A DNA stretch of 50,992 bases from Trypethelium eluteriae (lineage: Eukaryota), in assembly GCA_051942245.1 (NCBI GenBank), contig JAVECL010000014.1:62001-112992 (forward strand). Direction: 5' to 3'. The position numbers and the translations under genes were made by a program. The notes beneath the pieces were generated by a model, which was given only the letters and a program-made list of their open reading frames with translations, was not told the origin of the DNA and did no database searches. Below, one piece after another: positions 22,121-36,000 of the stretch; the first letter of the stretch is position 1, and each line of letters begins with the position of its first letter.

Positions 22121-23563
22121 CGAATAAAAAAAGTAGTGGATGTGCGAGACCTCGAGGATACGAACCACATTAAATGCCAAGCAAATGCCAAGTCTGCAAT
22201 AATCACATACGAAGCGGCTAGTTCTGGGACGCTTAAGGGATACGGGAACTATCTGCGATGATCTCATTGCGCGCTCATATAGAGTTGCACAGTGCACCCA
22301 TTGATAGCAGATCGCCGGGTGAGTATACTGGCAAGCGGGACCACCGATAGATTGTGGAGGATGCTTGGGGAATGGTAGGGAATGTTGCTGGAAGGTTCAG
22401 TCCTTGTTTGCTGTGGTACGTATGAGATCAAGGCGCTATCATCTTGCTTCATATCAAGCGGATCGGTGGGATTGTCGGGTCGTTGAGTGAGGCTGCGAAG
22501 CGATGCAGCTACGCATCCGCTCCAGCGATTAATGCCATCAAGGGACCAGGGAAGTACTATCCCACAGAAAGGCCAGGTCCGCACATGGCGCAAAGATGGA
22601 CGAACGGAATGGCAACAGCGATCTCGTAGGGGGCTAAAGTGTGGAGAAGAAGACGACCGTCGTCTCCAAATGGTGAAATCGTGAGTTGTTGAGGATAGCC
22701 CTAGAAAGGCGGGGGTGGCTATAAACTGGACTAACTAATTCAGGTAAGGTATCTTATCTGAACGACTTCGGCGGGGCGGCGGGAGCGGGTTCGCTTTGGC
22801 CGATCTTCAAACACCGTCGAAAGTCGCACCGTTGTTTGGCAGAACCCTTTTTTTAGCTGCGTAGGATACTCAGGAGACCGCTTTCGAGTTGGTGGACCCT
22901 GGATAGCTAAAATCCAAGCACCTAAGCACATAAATATAAGAGGCGCCAGAGGTGTGCTCGTCCGTCCACTTCGCTTACTACTTGGTAGAAGGCCACTAGT
23001 ACGGGCTCCCGTAGCCAGTCCCCGGCTTACGGATTACTATTGAATCAGCCGTCAAGTGGACCCTTGGGTTGTCTTGTATGCATCTTGAATTTTTTTTCTA
23101 TAGATCGAGCGTATTAATAAAGAGACGTCAAGAAATCTCAGAACTACAGTGTCTGAAGCAGCTGACTGACCTCCACTGCCTCCGCAACCTCTGGAAGTTC
23201 CTCAACATATCATCCCCTAGATTCGAGGAGCAAAGCTTAGTGAGATATCCGGGAATGATCGATGTGGATCTCTCAATAATATCCATTTTGAGTCCTTTTC
23301 AATTTGGATGGCCCTATAGAAAATATTGAGTCTTACAAACTCCACCGACGTATCTTAATCAACACCGAGGTGGACAGGCTTTGTGTCGAATGAATGTGTT
23401 TTGCCCAGAATATTCGATCCACACCTGCGGAGTGCGCACATCCAACGTAACCATTCATGACTGGTATAGGGGCAAAGACTCAGGATTGCTTTATTCGATC
23501 ACAGCTTCAACAAATGACGCGCGAATATACCGTGCATTCCCCCTAATTCCTCAACCTCTTGTA

Positions 23564-24861
23564 TCAGAATATTCCAAGGAAAATAGCAAGGCAAGAGATC
23601 TGCATTTCCACCGACAAACTTTGACTGTTCGTTCGAGGTCTGCCATTGCTGATTTTCGTGCTCGTCGTCGCGGCGTCAGATGTTGTGCTCGGCCCCATAG
23701 CCGTTGATGTAGTAGCACTATTCGACGCGCTTGGTGGAGGGGATACGTAGCTTGTTGGCGGATCCAAGCTTACATACGGGACGTCGGAGGCGCTGCTCTC
23801 AGCAATCGCTGGTGGATCCGTTCCCAACCCCAGGTTTGGAGTCACACTGGTAGCATTAGGACTCAAAACACTGTCAATGACATGCAGCACCCCCCCTGAG
23901 AACAACAGATCCGGCTGTGTGATCTTGGCGGAATTCAGGAACCATGTATTGTCACTCCATTCAACATTGATCGTACTTCCTTGCATCGTTAAGATCTTTG
24001 AGCCATTCTGGAGCGTGGATGAGTATACGGGCCCGCTGCCGCCGCTGCCTGTGCTGTTAACGACGTGATAACTCATTACCTGAGCAAGATCACCCGGTGT
24101 TAGCGACTGGAGTGTCAACCCGACGAGCCGCATGGCCTCGTTCGAGGGTGCGAAAACCGTGAGATCCGGAGAGGTCAGAAGGGTGGTGTTAAGATTGCTT
24201 GCAGCGAAGGCGCCATCAGCGGAGGTGAGATTAAAGGAGGGTGCAGTATACGTAAAGTTTTCAGGTGGAACGAGAAACGAGTCGATGACTTGGATGATAC
24301 TATTGGATGCTTGAATATCCTTGACAAAAGTCAATAACCCTTTTAGATAGTCTGCACATCGAACTTTCAACCTACACTTTGAATGATCGTTGATCGTGAA
24401 CCGAGGCCGGATGTCAGAACGTAGACATTCTGAGACTGCTCGACCGCGCCAAGTCGCTGTCCTCCAGTGACATTGCTATAGTATGTGTTCTGTAGCCAGG
24501 TGGGCAAAAATACAAATTGGCTGGTAAGGTCCCTCGCTCGATGAATGCCTTCTAAAACATGATATTGAATGATAGCGTGAATTTGGTCGCTGTCGTTGTT
24601 TGAAAAAGCGTCTTTCAAGTCTGTATATGGAATTTTATCGAATGCGTCATTGCTTGGAGCTAGGAAGGTAAAGCCTTGGGACCAAGTAAGTGCATCGAAG
24701 ATATCAGAATAGTTGCTAAGTAGAGCCGAAAGGCTCGTGAGATTTCGATTGGATGTGATAGTAGTTGGAAACGGCTCAGCAGACGTCCATTGAGCCAATA
24801 CTCGAAATGCCAATGACCAAATGAGGATGAGGAAAGCGCCAAATACTTTCGGGAAGAACAT
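23564..24861 (-). CDS. Fasciclin (2x FAS1) cell-surface protein, probably GPI-anchored
   Basis: Intron 24320-24375. Signal peptide; TFLAPSNDAF and TVFAPSNEA (H1); YHV motifs; IIQVIDSFL and GVLHVIDSVL (H2); S/T-rich stalk; hydrophobic C-terminus. Confidence 0.9.
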
Positions 24862-26061
24862 GGACAATGAGAAGCCCCTGTTGACCGGTACGATACTGGT
24901 AGAGGCCAAAACCAGGGGTATTCGATAGCAGCACGTTGATATGTGTAGAAAGAGGATACAACACAGGAGCCACAGGATCAGCACGAGAGATATTGTACGG
25001 ATGCCGAGGATTCACGAACCAAAGGGAAGGAGTTATTGAGTATGCCCGAGAGTCCTCAGTATATGTATGGGTTGATTGAGCCGCTGTATGCGTGGGAAAA
25101 GCCACCAAAAAGGGCTGAAAAAGCCATTCAATAAATAGATGCAATGCTGTGTACCATTTCTGAAGTTGCGTTATCGATCTTCCCAATCCGTCTCCCTTTG
25201 TGAGCGCCTCCGTCACGGATGTGCGCCACAGGAAGACGCATCTGCAGAGTAAGTTGACGCGCTAGAGAATACTTTGGTGGTACACGGAGCAGAATACGTG
25301 CCGAATCACAATGCGTGTTATAACGACCCGATCTTTGTCGAGACATGTTTGGACGAGCATTGCTTCTTGAGCCTGCATGCCCCCCCCAGCCTCACCCCGC
25401 AGGTTCGACGAGCAGCGGCCCAAAGAATTTTGTAGATAGGAGAGCTTCTGAGGAGGCGAAGATCTTAGTGTTTGGGAAATTCGAAGAAGCGGGTATTCTA
25501 TACTATAGGTATCTGATCTTTGGGATGTCGTAACGGTGGGAAAAATTGAACTTACGGTAGCACAGCCTAGCTGCTGTTACGACAGCACACCAGTACATTG
25601 GGTCGTGCCAACTTCAGAGGATGACGGTGACGGTACTATTGCATTTCTCGCAGATCTCAAGGTAAACTATAAAATACGTGCAGGAGCACAATGTTTGTCA
25701 CCAAGGGTTGAAATAAGAAACATCGAATGCTACTAGATGCGTCCGAATTATTGACCACCACAGGCTTGCGAGGTGTCCCAGTGAACGTGATTTAATTGCA
25801 GCAGTCGAGAAAGCGCCAAGCAGGGTAGCGAACAAGGATCTCTAAGGTCTCACAATGTTGTATTTTAATCTTACATAGCCCAGGTGGGCTACACTAGTCT
25901 CAGAAAATCTTCAAGCTTGGTTGCGGAAGGACTTGATCGCTTCCCCACACGAAGTCTTTGGAAAAGAATCATACGACAATCGCAAATTAGCTATTCAGAG
26001 CAAATGCGCGGATCCACGCGGCGGTAACAGCTCCCGCAAGAGGAAGACGGCTCTCTTCGAG

Positions 26062-26109
26062 CATAGTCAACATAGTCAACATAGTCGGCATAGTCAGCAT
26101 AGTCAGCAT
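26062..26109 (+). repeat. 9-bp tandem repeat (CATAGTCRR) x5.3
   Basis: catagtcaa catagtcaa catagtcgg catagtcag catagtcag cat. Confidence 0.9.
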
Positions 26110-27111
26110 GTTGAGCGTGTGCTGTTTCAATGGCCATCCTTTGTGATTTCTGTCTTGTTGTGACACAGTAAGCTTACGTGAGTATCATCCAGTAATGGCT
26201 TCAAGTCATGGGAACTCTGCCAGAATGATCTTGCCCCTTACAGCAATTGTAAGAGCGTGTGCGCCTAGGGCCTCTTCCATAACACCTAATATCACCACTC
26301 TTGGCTGACCTAGACGTTCCAATGGTTTCGTCTGTATTTTTGCAAGTGGAGAAATTGAGATTGTCGCAGGGAGAGCTAGACAAGCCGCCGAAGCTGAATG
26401 TGCCATTGCTGGACGATGGATGTGTGCGAGATCGCGATAGGGCTGGAATATGGAAACTAGCGTCGAAGGCTGGGGCTTGTGGTCAACACGCCTGATAAGC
26501 TGCTTTCAGTATCCACTGTCATCATGCGGGGGGTTAGTTCTAGGTCTTTGTGATAAAAGAATGGACGAAGAGGATTCTAGATGGTGTACTGCACAAGTCA
26601 ATCGTGGTGTGAGATGCTTGGGTAAGACACTTCCCTCTGGTGAGTTGCATCTCGAAAAGAATCGGGTTCTTAGCTCGATGTTTCTTTTTTCTGTACGTTT
26701 CCTATCGGACAGTACCGGGGCTACCCAGATCTACCAATTTGGTGCGAGCAGGTTGAGAGTTCAGAATTGATGAAAAGCTGGAGTCTTGATAGATGTAGTA
26801 TACTTCAGTAGCCACTGGGATAATAGCCCACAGATAATCTCGCTGACAACAGGCATTTTTCGTGGTGATGAGAAGGATGGTCTTTGAGGCATAAGATATG
26901 AAGGACCGACGAGACTGGACGGGTGAAGTAGGAATCGAGCGTGAGGACTGCCTGTGAATTGACCGTCCTATTGGTTTCCGTGATCTCGCTGGGCCGAGAG
27001 GAGAGGAACTCTGCAGGACGAGGGAGGGGAGGCGAGGGGAGTTACCTTAGCTTAGGTACCCAAGGTGCCTACCTAGGCGTGAACGGCGTGCTAGGTAGGT
27101 GCTAAGATAAA

Positions 27112-27140
27112 GGGCAGGGCAGGGTAAGGTAGGGGTATAA
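27112..27140 (+). promoter_or_regulatory. Canonical G-quadruplex-forming motif abutting TATAA
   Basis: GGG-CA-GGG-CA-GGG-TAAGGTA-GGGG (27112-27135), then TATAA (27136-27140). Confidence 0.45.
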
Positions 27141-27599
27141 TAAGGTGTTTGATCTAAGCAGGATGGCCATACCTAATCAAGGTCACACAAAGCTTGGCAA
27201 GCAAGTGACGCCATTGGCCATAGCTCCCTGGGAGGACTACTCTAGAGCAGAAATCCCTGTAGGTACCCAGGCAACATGTCGGAGCCTAGAGCACCCCACT
27301 GTAGGTATCTCACCCACGCCACCACGATCTGAAGGTTGCTTCAGAATTTTTAGAATTGCATGCGCAAAAAGACATATGAGTGCGGAAGCCAAGCATGCTG
27401 GTTCTCCTCACAAAATCAAACTATGGCGTGAAGACGCGTCTGACACCTCGTCCACATCCTCACCCACAACCGCGTCTGCATCTTCATCCCACCCTCACTC
27501 CGCCCCGCCTACCTCTGCAACGCGTGTGGCCTTGCACCTTCGCCTGATTTTACTACCTACCTACCCTCTCCCTTCGCCCTCCGTGCTCATCATGTCCTG

Positions 27600-30500
27600 A
27601 TGGCTTCGTCTAACGCTCCCGATCGTTCTCTTTGCGCCGCCGCACCTTCTAGTCCCTCTCGCGCTGGGGCGGACTCAATGGAAGATCGTGACCTCTCTCA
27701 TTGTCGAAAACGTCCTCGTCTCGACAGCGGCTCGCGAACCATGTCCGCTGACCGAGCAATTTCCTCCCCAACCCAAGCTATCTGCGACAAAGACGCGCCT
27801 TCCTCAGCTCACGGATCCAAGCTCCCTCCTTCACCACCATCTACTGTCGAAACACCGGCGGACGCTCGCGTACACTCGCCAAACCAGAATTCGGCTCAGA
27901 CTGCGGTCGTTCCTTGTCCCCCTAATATTGAGAATACCCTCCATGCTCCCGCACAACCGTCGCCATCGCCCTCTCCTATGCAGATAGTGAACGAAGATGA
28001 TAGAGAGACACCCGAGACGATGCAATTGGGCTCACATATAGACCTCACCGCTGAAAGTCCACTCATTGAAGAGGTTTTGGACGACTCAGATGATGCAATC
28101 CATACGCGCACCGACTCCATTCTGACTTTTGAGGAGGATGCTGTGCTTGAACTCCTCCAAACTTTTCCAATCTCATCATCTCGGGGTGGTCCCATACAAG
28201 CCACACTTGGGCTGGCAGAACACTGTCTAAAGGGTATGTTGTATCATTTGTACGCTATCACAGACTTGACTGACGCTTACACTAAGCGCGATCGCTGGAT
28301 TATGCATCCATAGAACAGCTCGAGCGGTGGCTGAGTCGCCACCTGCGGCACTCGAGAAACGATAAGGCTGAATGGATGCACCTTTACTCATCTACGTGGG
28401 AACTCTGGAGGAATCTGGCCACTGTGATGCTACATCTTCTTTCCAGGCAGTAAGTATCCTAGTATTATTTTTCGATGTCCAGACTAATCATGTCAAGGTT
28501 ACCCTTTGATACACGATGGACCAGACAGCACGTTGGTACCCTTTTGGCCAACCTGTTCAGCCGTCTTGCTGTGATCTTCTCCCGGCTCATCTCTCTGGAT
28601 ATCCAAAATGTGTCATCCGTATCACCAAGAGCCTCGCGACCACCGTCAATACTTTCTGTGCCGTATTTGGTAGCTTTCAACCACGCCTTTCGACCGCGAA
28701 AGGAGGACATTTCTTTCTACAAGGGTTCTATGTACACTATGCAGATGCCGTTAGACCCAGGAGAAGCCACCCTATGGACCAGTCTACCTGATCAATCGAT
28801 CATACTTGAGGCTGCTCATGCCTTTGTGGAACCTGAGGCTGACGGCGCTCAGTATCTAGTTCATCTGGCATCTACATTGCTGGGCCCCATGTACCATTTC
28901 ACGAATCTACGAGACCCTTTGAAGTATAGCCTAAGCATCATACAGCATCTCGTGAGCATTGGAGTCGTCTCTAATCGCCAAGGGGAAGAAGAAGTTATGC
29001 AGCGTCGAGATTCGTGGGTTTCCCTTGCCTCGCATGCCTATCACATGTTTGAAAGCATTTCAAAAGAGCTTCACGCGTCCGTAGAAAAGCCGGCCAGGTC
29101 TCCAAGCCTCGATGCGGAATTTTCCAAGGAACTCATTCGGTATGTTGAATACCTCCCTTGCGGTCTTGCCCGACTGGATCCGCACCTCTGCAAATCCATG
29201 TTCAACAAATTCATCCAACCCACCCAGATGCCCGACGATTTCGACAGAGACCTTCTTCAATGTATATGGGTGATTAAGCTGTTGAAATGCTTTTTATGCA
29301 AGGGACGAATGGATATGAGGATCACTGGTGTAGAGATGATGCATCACGAACTTGTCTCAATTTGGCATCGCTATGATATGGATCCTTCTTGCGATAGCTT
29401 GAAATGTGTTGCGCGGACGCTACTGGAAGAGCAAATTCTGGACTACCTGGTCGGCCCGGACTCACATCCTCAATTGATATCAAGATGTAGCAATGTTGTC
29501 GGGTTTCTCGCCGTTACGGACTTCTATACGACGGCACATACAGAGTTGATCTGGAATGTTATAAGTGGTCATCAAGATTATCGAATCGCAGCGGCTACCC
29601 TGCTAATGCTTCGGAACATGCTGAGCTATTTGTCACTGCCACAACTGCATCATATCTGCGCGAAGCTACAGCTCTCTGCAGTGGAGCGTTTCGGTGTCGA
29701 ATCAAGGCGTCTGGTAGACTCCCTGCTTATCTGCGTTCGAGAAAAGCTAGAAACTGGAGGAGGAGAAGCCGCATCCAAAGCCTCCGTCCCTAGTTTCTTG
29801 GGCCTACGAATTCTGCGCGAAGCTCTCAGCCCACCTGCCGTAGAGGTGGGAGATATGGCAGGCTTCGGTTTGGACACTTTCACTTTTGTCTACTGCCGTA
29901 TCGCAAGATCCGAAGATCGATGCCAAATTCTTCAAAATTGCATCGAAGACGTCAACGTAGGTTCCGCAACATCTGCCGGCAGTGCGCAGGCGTTGATTCA
30001 GGCCATAACGGGCGAGTACTCGGTCGAGGCTTTAACGTATTTGACCGAGCATCTCAACGCATCCCTAGTTGTAATCGAGCGCATCTGCCGCTTGATCAAA
30101 TCCGAGGAGCGAGTCCCCTCGGATGAGCTGTTCGGCTATAACTTTAATAGTCACATTGAACTATTCCACTATCTCGTACTGGACCGACCCGAATCGGTCC
30201 CAACCGACCTTGACGACATTATTTGGAACCATCTTGTTGGGTGTGCAGCCCTGAATAACGATTTTCGAGACCGCGGTTGGGAGTGCTTTCGTCTGATCGC
30301 TGAAAAAGCCAGCCGTCCTAGTTCCTTCATTGACCGAGGTCTTATTCACCAATTGCCTCGTCTTTCCCCGGAAACCTTCACGCCCTCATCTTATCGATTC
30401 CTCGAGGCTGCTGCCAACTATGAGTCAAGGTTCCACTCTCAAGAGGATACTCAACAATCAGACTCTGTCCATGTACCTCTGAGAGACCAACTCTGGAACT

Positions 30501-33500
30501 GTATTCTTACTGTCCCGCCAAATTCAATCGAGAATGAGGCGACGAATCTGTTTGTCACATTGCATCTGCTTCCAGAGCACGCTAAGGCTAGGCTTCGGCC
30601 CGTTCTTGAGCTTACGCATGTTTCCTTGGTTCAGAAATGCATCGAACAACTGACAAGGGCCTGTTATACACTTGAATCATCAGGTCGATCGAGAGAAATC
30701 GAGAGTGCCGTGCCAACAGCTGAGTTGTCCGACGGGGAGACTGAAAAGGCTAAGCTTTGCATTCGACGGACCTTGCGGCTGCTCACTGTCATGTTGCAGC
30801 GTATTAGAGCCAACAAAGACCTAAGCCCTACACCAGCGCGTAATAGCCCGAAATCGAAAACACCAAACGCGAGCGAACCAATTAGTGAACCTATTTTGAT
30901 GAAGTATCAAACCTTTGATGGAAATGAGCAATCTGAGATTGATGCTCTGACAGTATGTGGTCGAGATAGTCTTTTCGAACTAAGGCAGAGTTTGAGCGAT
31001 ATGACCGGATTTGCAAGCTACAGACTCATTTGTGGTGGTCAGCAAATCGATCTGGACAAGAATCGTGACATAACTATTAGCGAATCTGGAATCGCCTCTC
31101 GCGGCTTGCTCATGATTATCAAGAAGACTGACGGCCAAATTTCACAGGGTTCACCACCAACTGCAATGGGTGGTTCTGCATTTGAGAGAGAGCTTTTGCA
31201 GCACGTCGATACCCTCTACCAGCTTATGGACTCGAACGATGACTATAGCTATTTTGTTAGTCCACTCAGGCTAGACTTCCCTTTTTTGGGGCTGACCTGT
31301 GTAGATACTGGACTTCCTGCGCTATTTCAAACCACATGGAATGGCGTTACAGCTAGTCACTTCTAGCTCGACCACAACTGCAGACATCTTCATGTCCAGG
31401 AAAATTAATAAAACGCTATATCTATTGCAGTGCCTCAGACTGCATCTGAATGAACAGATCCATCAGGTAAAGCCAGGATTGGTCTACCAGAACAAATTCA
31501 CTAACTGATCTAGGATACTTTGCACCTATCCTTCTTACTACACTCAATCCATCTCTTGGACGATGCATGTAGGCATGGTGCTCTCAGTGATCAATCTCTT
31601 GCAACTCCTCAGCAATGGAACTTAACCTTCGAGACCATCCTGTGCTTCTGCGAATTTCTTCGTGGTACGTGGTTTGACTTCCAGACGAGCAATCTGATGA
31701 TAGGCTAAGCATCCTGACAGCATTACCTATGGATATCGACCATCAGAACCTTTTTGCCGACCCATCTACTCTCATTGACCGTCTTTTCTGTATCTTGTGG
31801 GACACCTCCACGGCAGGAATACAGTCTACATCTAACCAAACGGCTGCATTGGTTGCTCGAACTTTACAACTGATCTTCCAAGCAGCAGCATATGACCATT
31901 CCATATGGGCTATTTTCTGCGCCCGAGAGGATTTTGTCGATGTGCATAAAATGCTGCTGTTGCATGACGATCAGCAAGTTCGAAGTAGTGTAGCATCAAT
32001 GATACTCTCCCTGCTGGACCCACGCTGCTCGTACGTTAGTCATTATTAGATTAGGCTTCTGCTAACGCATCTGTAGCCCCTCGCACTTGACTCACGTTAT
32101 GGCTGCCGCAGGTTATTTTCCCCTGCTTGACCCCATTGTTCCTGAAGCAATGCAGTACAAGACAAAATCTCTGGAATTCTTCGACATGGCTCTTCACATA
32201 TTCCAACGCAGTCGAGAAAATGGATTACTTGCAGAAGATTCCCTGTCGACATTCTATGCTGACTGGAGCGCCTTACTTCTATCAATTTGTGGCCAACCAC
32301 GGACTCAGCTCTCTGCGTCAGACGGGCCCGGGACTATCGCCTCTGGAGATCACATTATCGCTCGAGATATTGTAGACAAAGGTCTGTTTGGTCTTACAAG
32401 ACTTCTAAATCTGTGTGCCCAGCTTCATGATCCTTCCAGTTCTCCGCTGGATTCCACGTAAGGCCTCCTTTAAAACCTCCAAACTCTTCAACTGGCTAAC
32501 TCTCGTAGCGCTCTTGTAACAGAGATATTCAGCGGTCTCTTGTTTCCTTGCGTTTCCAGTCCAAATAGTATGAATGAGGAAAATATGACAGAGTGTACGA
32601 CCGTTGAGATACCCGTTCTTGATGAACCTACGCGGCATGAATTACACAAACTTGTCTTGGCGCTAGGTTCAGATATTGGTACTGTACTTGTCGTCATCAA
32701 AATGTCCTTGGACGCTCTTGATATGGGTAAGTATATTCCAGAGGCCATGTTCGACTCGCTCACGTGCGCAGGTAACGCAAGAGAATCCCCTGGCTGGCAG
32801 ATAGATCGCTCTGACGGTATACGCTCTGTGACCGGCTACGTCGGTATTACTAATCTGTCGAATACCTGCTACATGAATTCTCTACTTTCACAGCTGTTCA
32901 TGAACGTTAACTTCCGCCGCTTCATGCTCTCAGCACGGGTTACTTCACCAGAAGATCAACCACTTATAACTGAGGCGCAAAGGCTATTTGCAAATATGCA
33001 GGACAGCTACGCAAAGTTTGCTAGCTCGGCAGACTTCGCCAATGCAATAACTGGAGCAGACGGGGAATCGATTGACGTTGCAGTGCAGATGGATGTCGAC
33101 GAGTTCTTCGTACAACTGTTTGACCTTTGGGAGTCGCAACTTCTATTTACTGAAGACAAGGAGAATTTTCGAAAGTTCTACAGAGGCTCATACGTCACAC
33201 AGATTCGACCTTCAGACTGCCCTCACGTCTCGGAGAAGATGGAGAACTTCACTGCCTTGCAACTGGAAGTGCGTGGCAAGGGCAGTCTTGAAGAGAGTCT
33301 ACGCGCATATGTAGAGGGTGATGTTATGGAAGGAGAGAACAAATATCAGTGCACTCAGTGCGAGGGTGGACGCTATTCAGACTACGCAGTCAAACGTACC
33401 TGCCTCAAAGAAATCCCGGACAGTCTGATACTTCATCTTAAACGCTTCGACTACGACCTGGTAAAGTTCGTCCGCCATAAAGTCAACGATCAGTTCGAAT

Positions 33501-36000
33501 TCCCGGCACGCATAGACATGAGTCCATACAAGCTGGATGATCTCACAAATCCCGACGCTCCGAAGGCAGAAGATTTGTTCGATCTGGCTGGTATTCTTGT
33601 TCATAACGGAACAGCCGAGAGTGGCCACTACTACTCCTTCATCCGTGAACGCTCGGTAGCGCCAAGCGAGCCTCCAACCTGGCTCGAATTTAACGACACA
33701 TCAGTGACGGACTTCGATCCAGGCCTCATCGGCACGAGTTGTTTTGGTGGACCCTTGCTGCAAGGCAATCAGGGCGACAAACGTTTTAGCGCCTATATGC
33801 TGTTCTATGAACGTGCTTCACGATTGGACAGCGGGGCCAGGATAATGAGCGACGGCATGCAGTTGACACCTTCTACAAAAGTCCAAGTTCCAATTCCTAT
33901 CCGCACCGAAATTGCGGCAGCGAACCGATACTATCTGACACGCTACTGTCTATTCGATCCAGACTTTCCCATATTTCTTCGCCAACTGGTCGAAAAAGTA
34001 CGAGTCTGGACGGGTGACGGACGCGGAGAACTCCTGGAGCTTGAGGATATGACGATGGAACTTCTCTTCAAGGCACTCGATCGCATCATTGCGCGCACTA
34101 AAGACAATCCCATGCTGTATGACACGGTGGACGCCCTTGTTGAATGGGCCTGCACCAATGAACTCCTCGCTTACAAAGCATTAGCTTTTCTAGGTGAACA
34201 TCCGGATATTGCACTAAACCTTACGATCCGTAACTCATCAAAACATCGATACGGGGTCCAAAAGCGTTTCGAGACCATCTTACTCAACCTTCGTGAGAAA
34301 GATCCCACGCTCTACGGCATGGGTGGCATTGCCCATTTGCCGGACGGTACGAGTCTTGCATTCCAGAAAGATGGAGCTTTTCCAAAGTTTGTCAAAGGGT
34401 TAGCAGAGCAGTTGTCGTACCTCGGTCCCATTGATCGTCTGTGGGAAGATTTTTTCGGACTCTTTCTGAAGCTCGCGAACATTGGCGATTTTGAAACGGG
34501 GTTGCTCTTCTACTATGGCTTTCTCGGAAACTGCCTGTGCATTCTCACGCGGGATCTTGACGGCGCTCACAGCTCAAAGTTTGAAACAGCGATACGCCTT
34601 ATTCACCGGAGAGACAAAAGATTGCCGCCATTCAAAAACCTGATCCAACTCATCTACCACCTTTTGAATTGCATAGATATCTACGCTAGCTCTGTCGAGA
34701 CAAACGAGGATCAAATAACGAGCTACAACAGCAAAAGCAAGAAGTTCGGGCTCACGAAGAAGGAGCGGGCTCTCTTGTCAACTTACCAGAATGATGATTG
34801 TTTGGCTTTCATCCCCCGCATCTGCGAATGGCATGAGTGGAACGCCGAGTTGGGTGATTCCAATCTTTCCGCAGGTCTTCTTTCCATGCTTGTTCAGCAG
34901 TTGAAGCCAAACGCTAGGTTACTTTCTGAAATCTATCATACATTGAGGATCTTGGTCCGTAGAACCTCATCGGCCATGATTCAACGGTACGTAGTGGCAG
35001 CTACGGCATTTTGCCGTGTGTGTCCACGTGAAGACATGGTATCCGAAATCATCTCGGAGATTTCTGAAGAGTCCGAGACAGCTGGGGGAGAGGCTGGAAG
35101 AGCCTACTTGTGGTTCTTTGAACAGCTAGGTCGCCAACGAAACGAGCGTATTGACGCAACAGCTCAAGGGAAAACATTGAGACAATATCAAATGCCAACT
35201 CCGGAAGAAACGAGATTGGATCAAGGGATGGATGGCACTCCAGCCGAAAGAGATATTGCAGAGTCGTCCCAAGCGGGCACGTTCTACAATTTGATAATTG
35301 GCGCAGCTCCGTCGTGGGGCATTTCGTTACTGGGATGTGACGAAGATCCAACAACACGAGAAAATACCCTCGCGGTACTGGAGATGTTGATCTTCTCTCA
35401 CGACCCACCGTCATTGCCCGTAGGTGATATCCTGGCTTCTAAGCGCGGAGCTGGCGTCGATGGCACGAAGGATGAAGACAGCCCAGCACCGAACACTGCT
35501 GCTAAAACGAAAAGAGGGCATACCAAGGCCAATGACCAGGATATTGTCCGAGTCCAAACTATACGCAAAATGTTCTACTGCGGTCTCGTCTCCTGTACAC
35601 GGGCGCAGCAGAAGCAGATGAACAAGCGTTTCTTTCTACCCATGTTAGAAACACTAGAGCGCTGCTCACAATGGATAATCAAGCTCCTCGGTACAAAGGG
35701 CGAGCAAGCCGAGCATCTGAAGGAGATGGAAGGGATACAGGCAGAAGATAAATGCTTCAGTGATGAAGACCTGTGCAATTGGTGGCAAAGTGAGTCTTAC
35801 TAATGGTCCCCTAGTAATAAATGTTTGGGATAGATGCTAACGAATGCATTTTTCTCATAGAGCTAGTTACCATCGCGCGTGAAAGCTGGATCGAAGAGGA
35901 GATAGTGGACCTTTCTGACGGTGAAGAGTTTGATGAGGATGACTCGGACATACCCATAGACGACCAACCGACGGATCCCAAACTCGATAGTCCTCGCTAG
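27600..36000 (+). CDS. Very large ubiquitin-specific protease, USP34/USP24/USP9-like (about 2,600 aa)
   Basis: Introns 28234-28286, 28450-28497, 31256-31304, 31467-31513, 31665-31720, 32031-32076, 32458-32508, 32727-32771, 35790-35860 all keep the frame. Cys box GITNLSNTCYMNSLLSQLF; QMDVDEF; LILHLKRFDYD; His box GILVHNGTAESGHYYSFI; WLEFND; SAYMLFYER. Probable Ubl-like segment near 30890-31125. Confidence 0.9.

Noticed and set aside
21944..22261. ORF with a His7 run
   Set aside because: Non-ATG start; the His run is only a CAT microsatellite; no other coding signal.
25921..26163. 80-aa ORF with HSQ repeats
   Set aside because: TTG start; the repeat is the 9-bp minisatellite read in frame; no other support.
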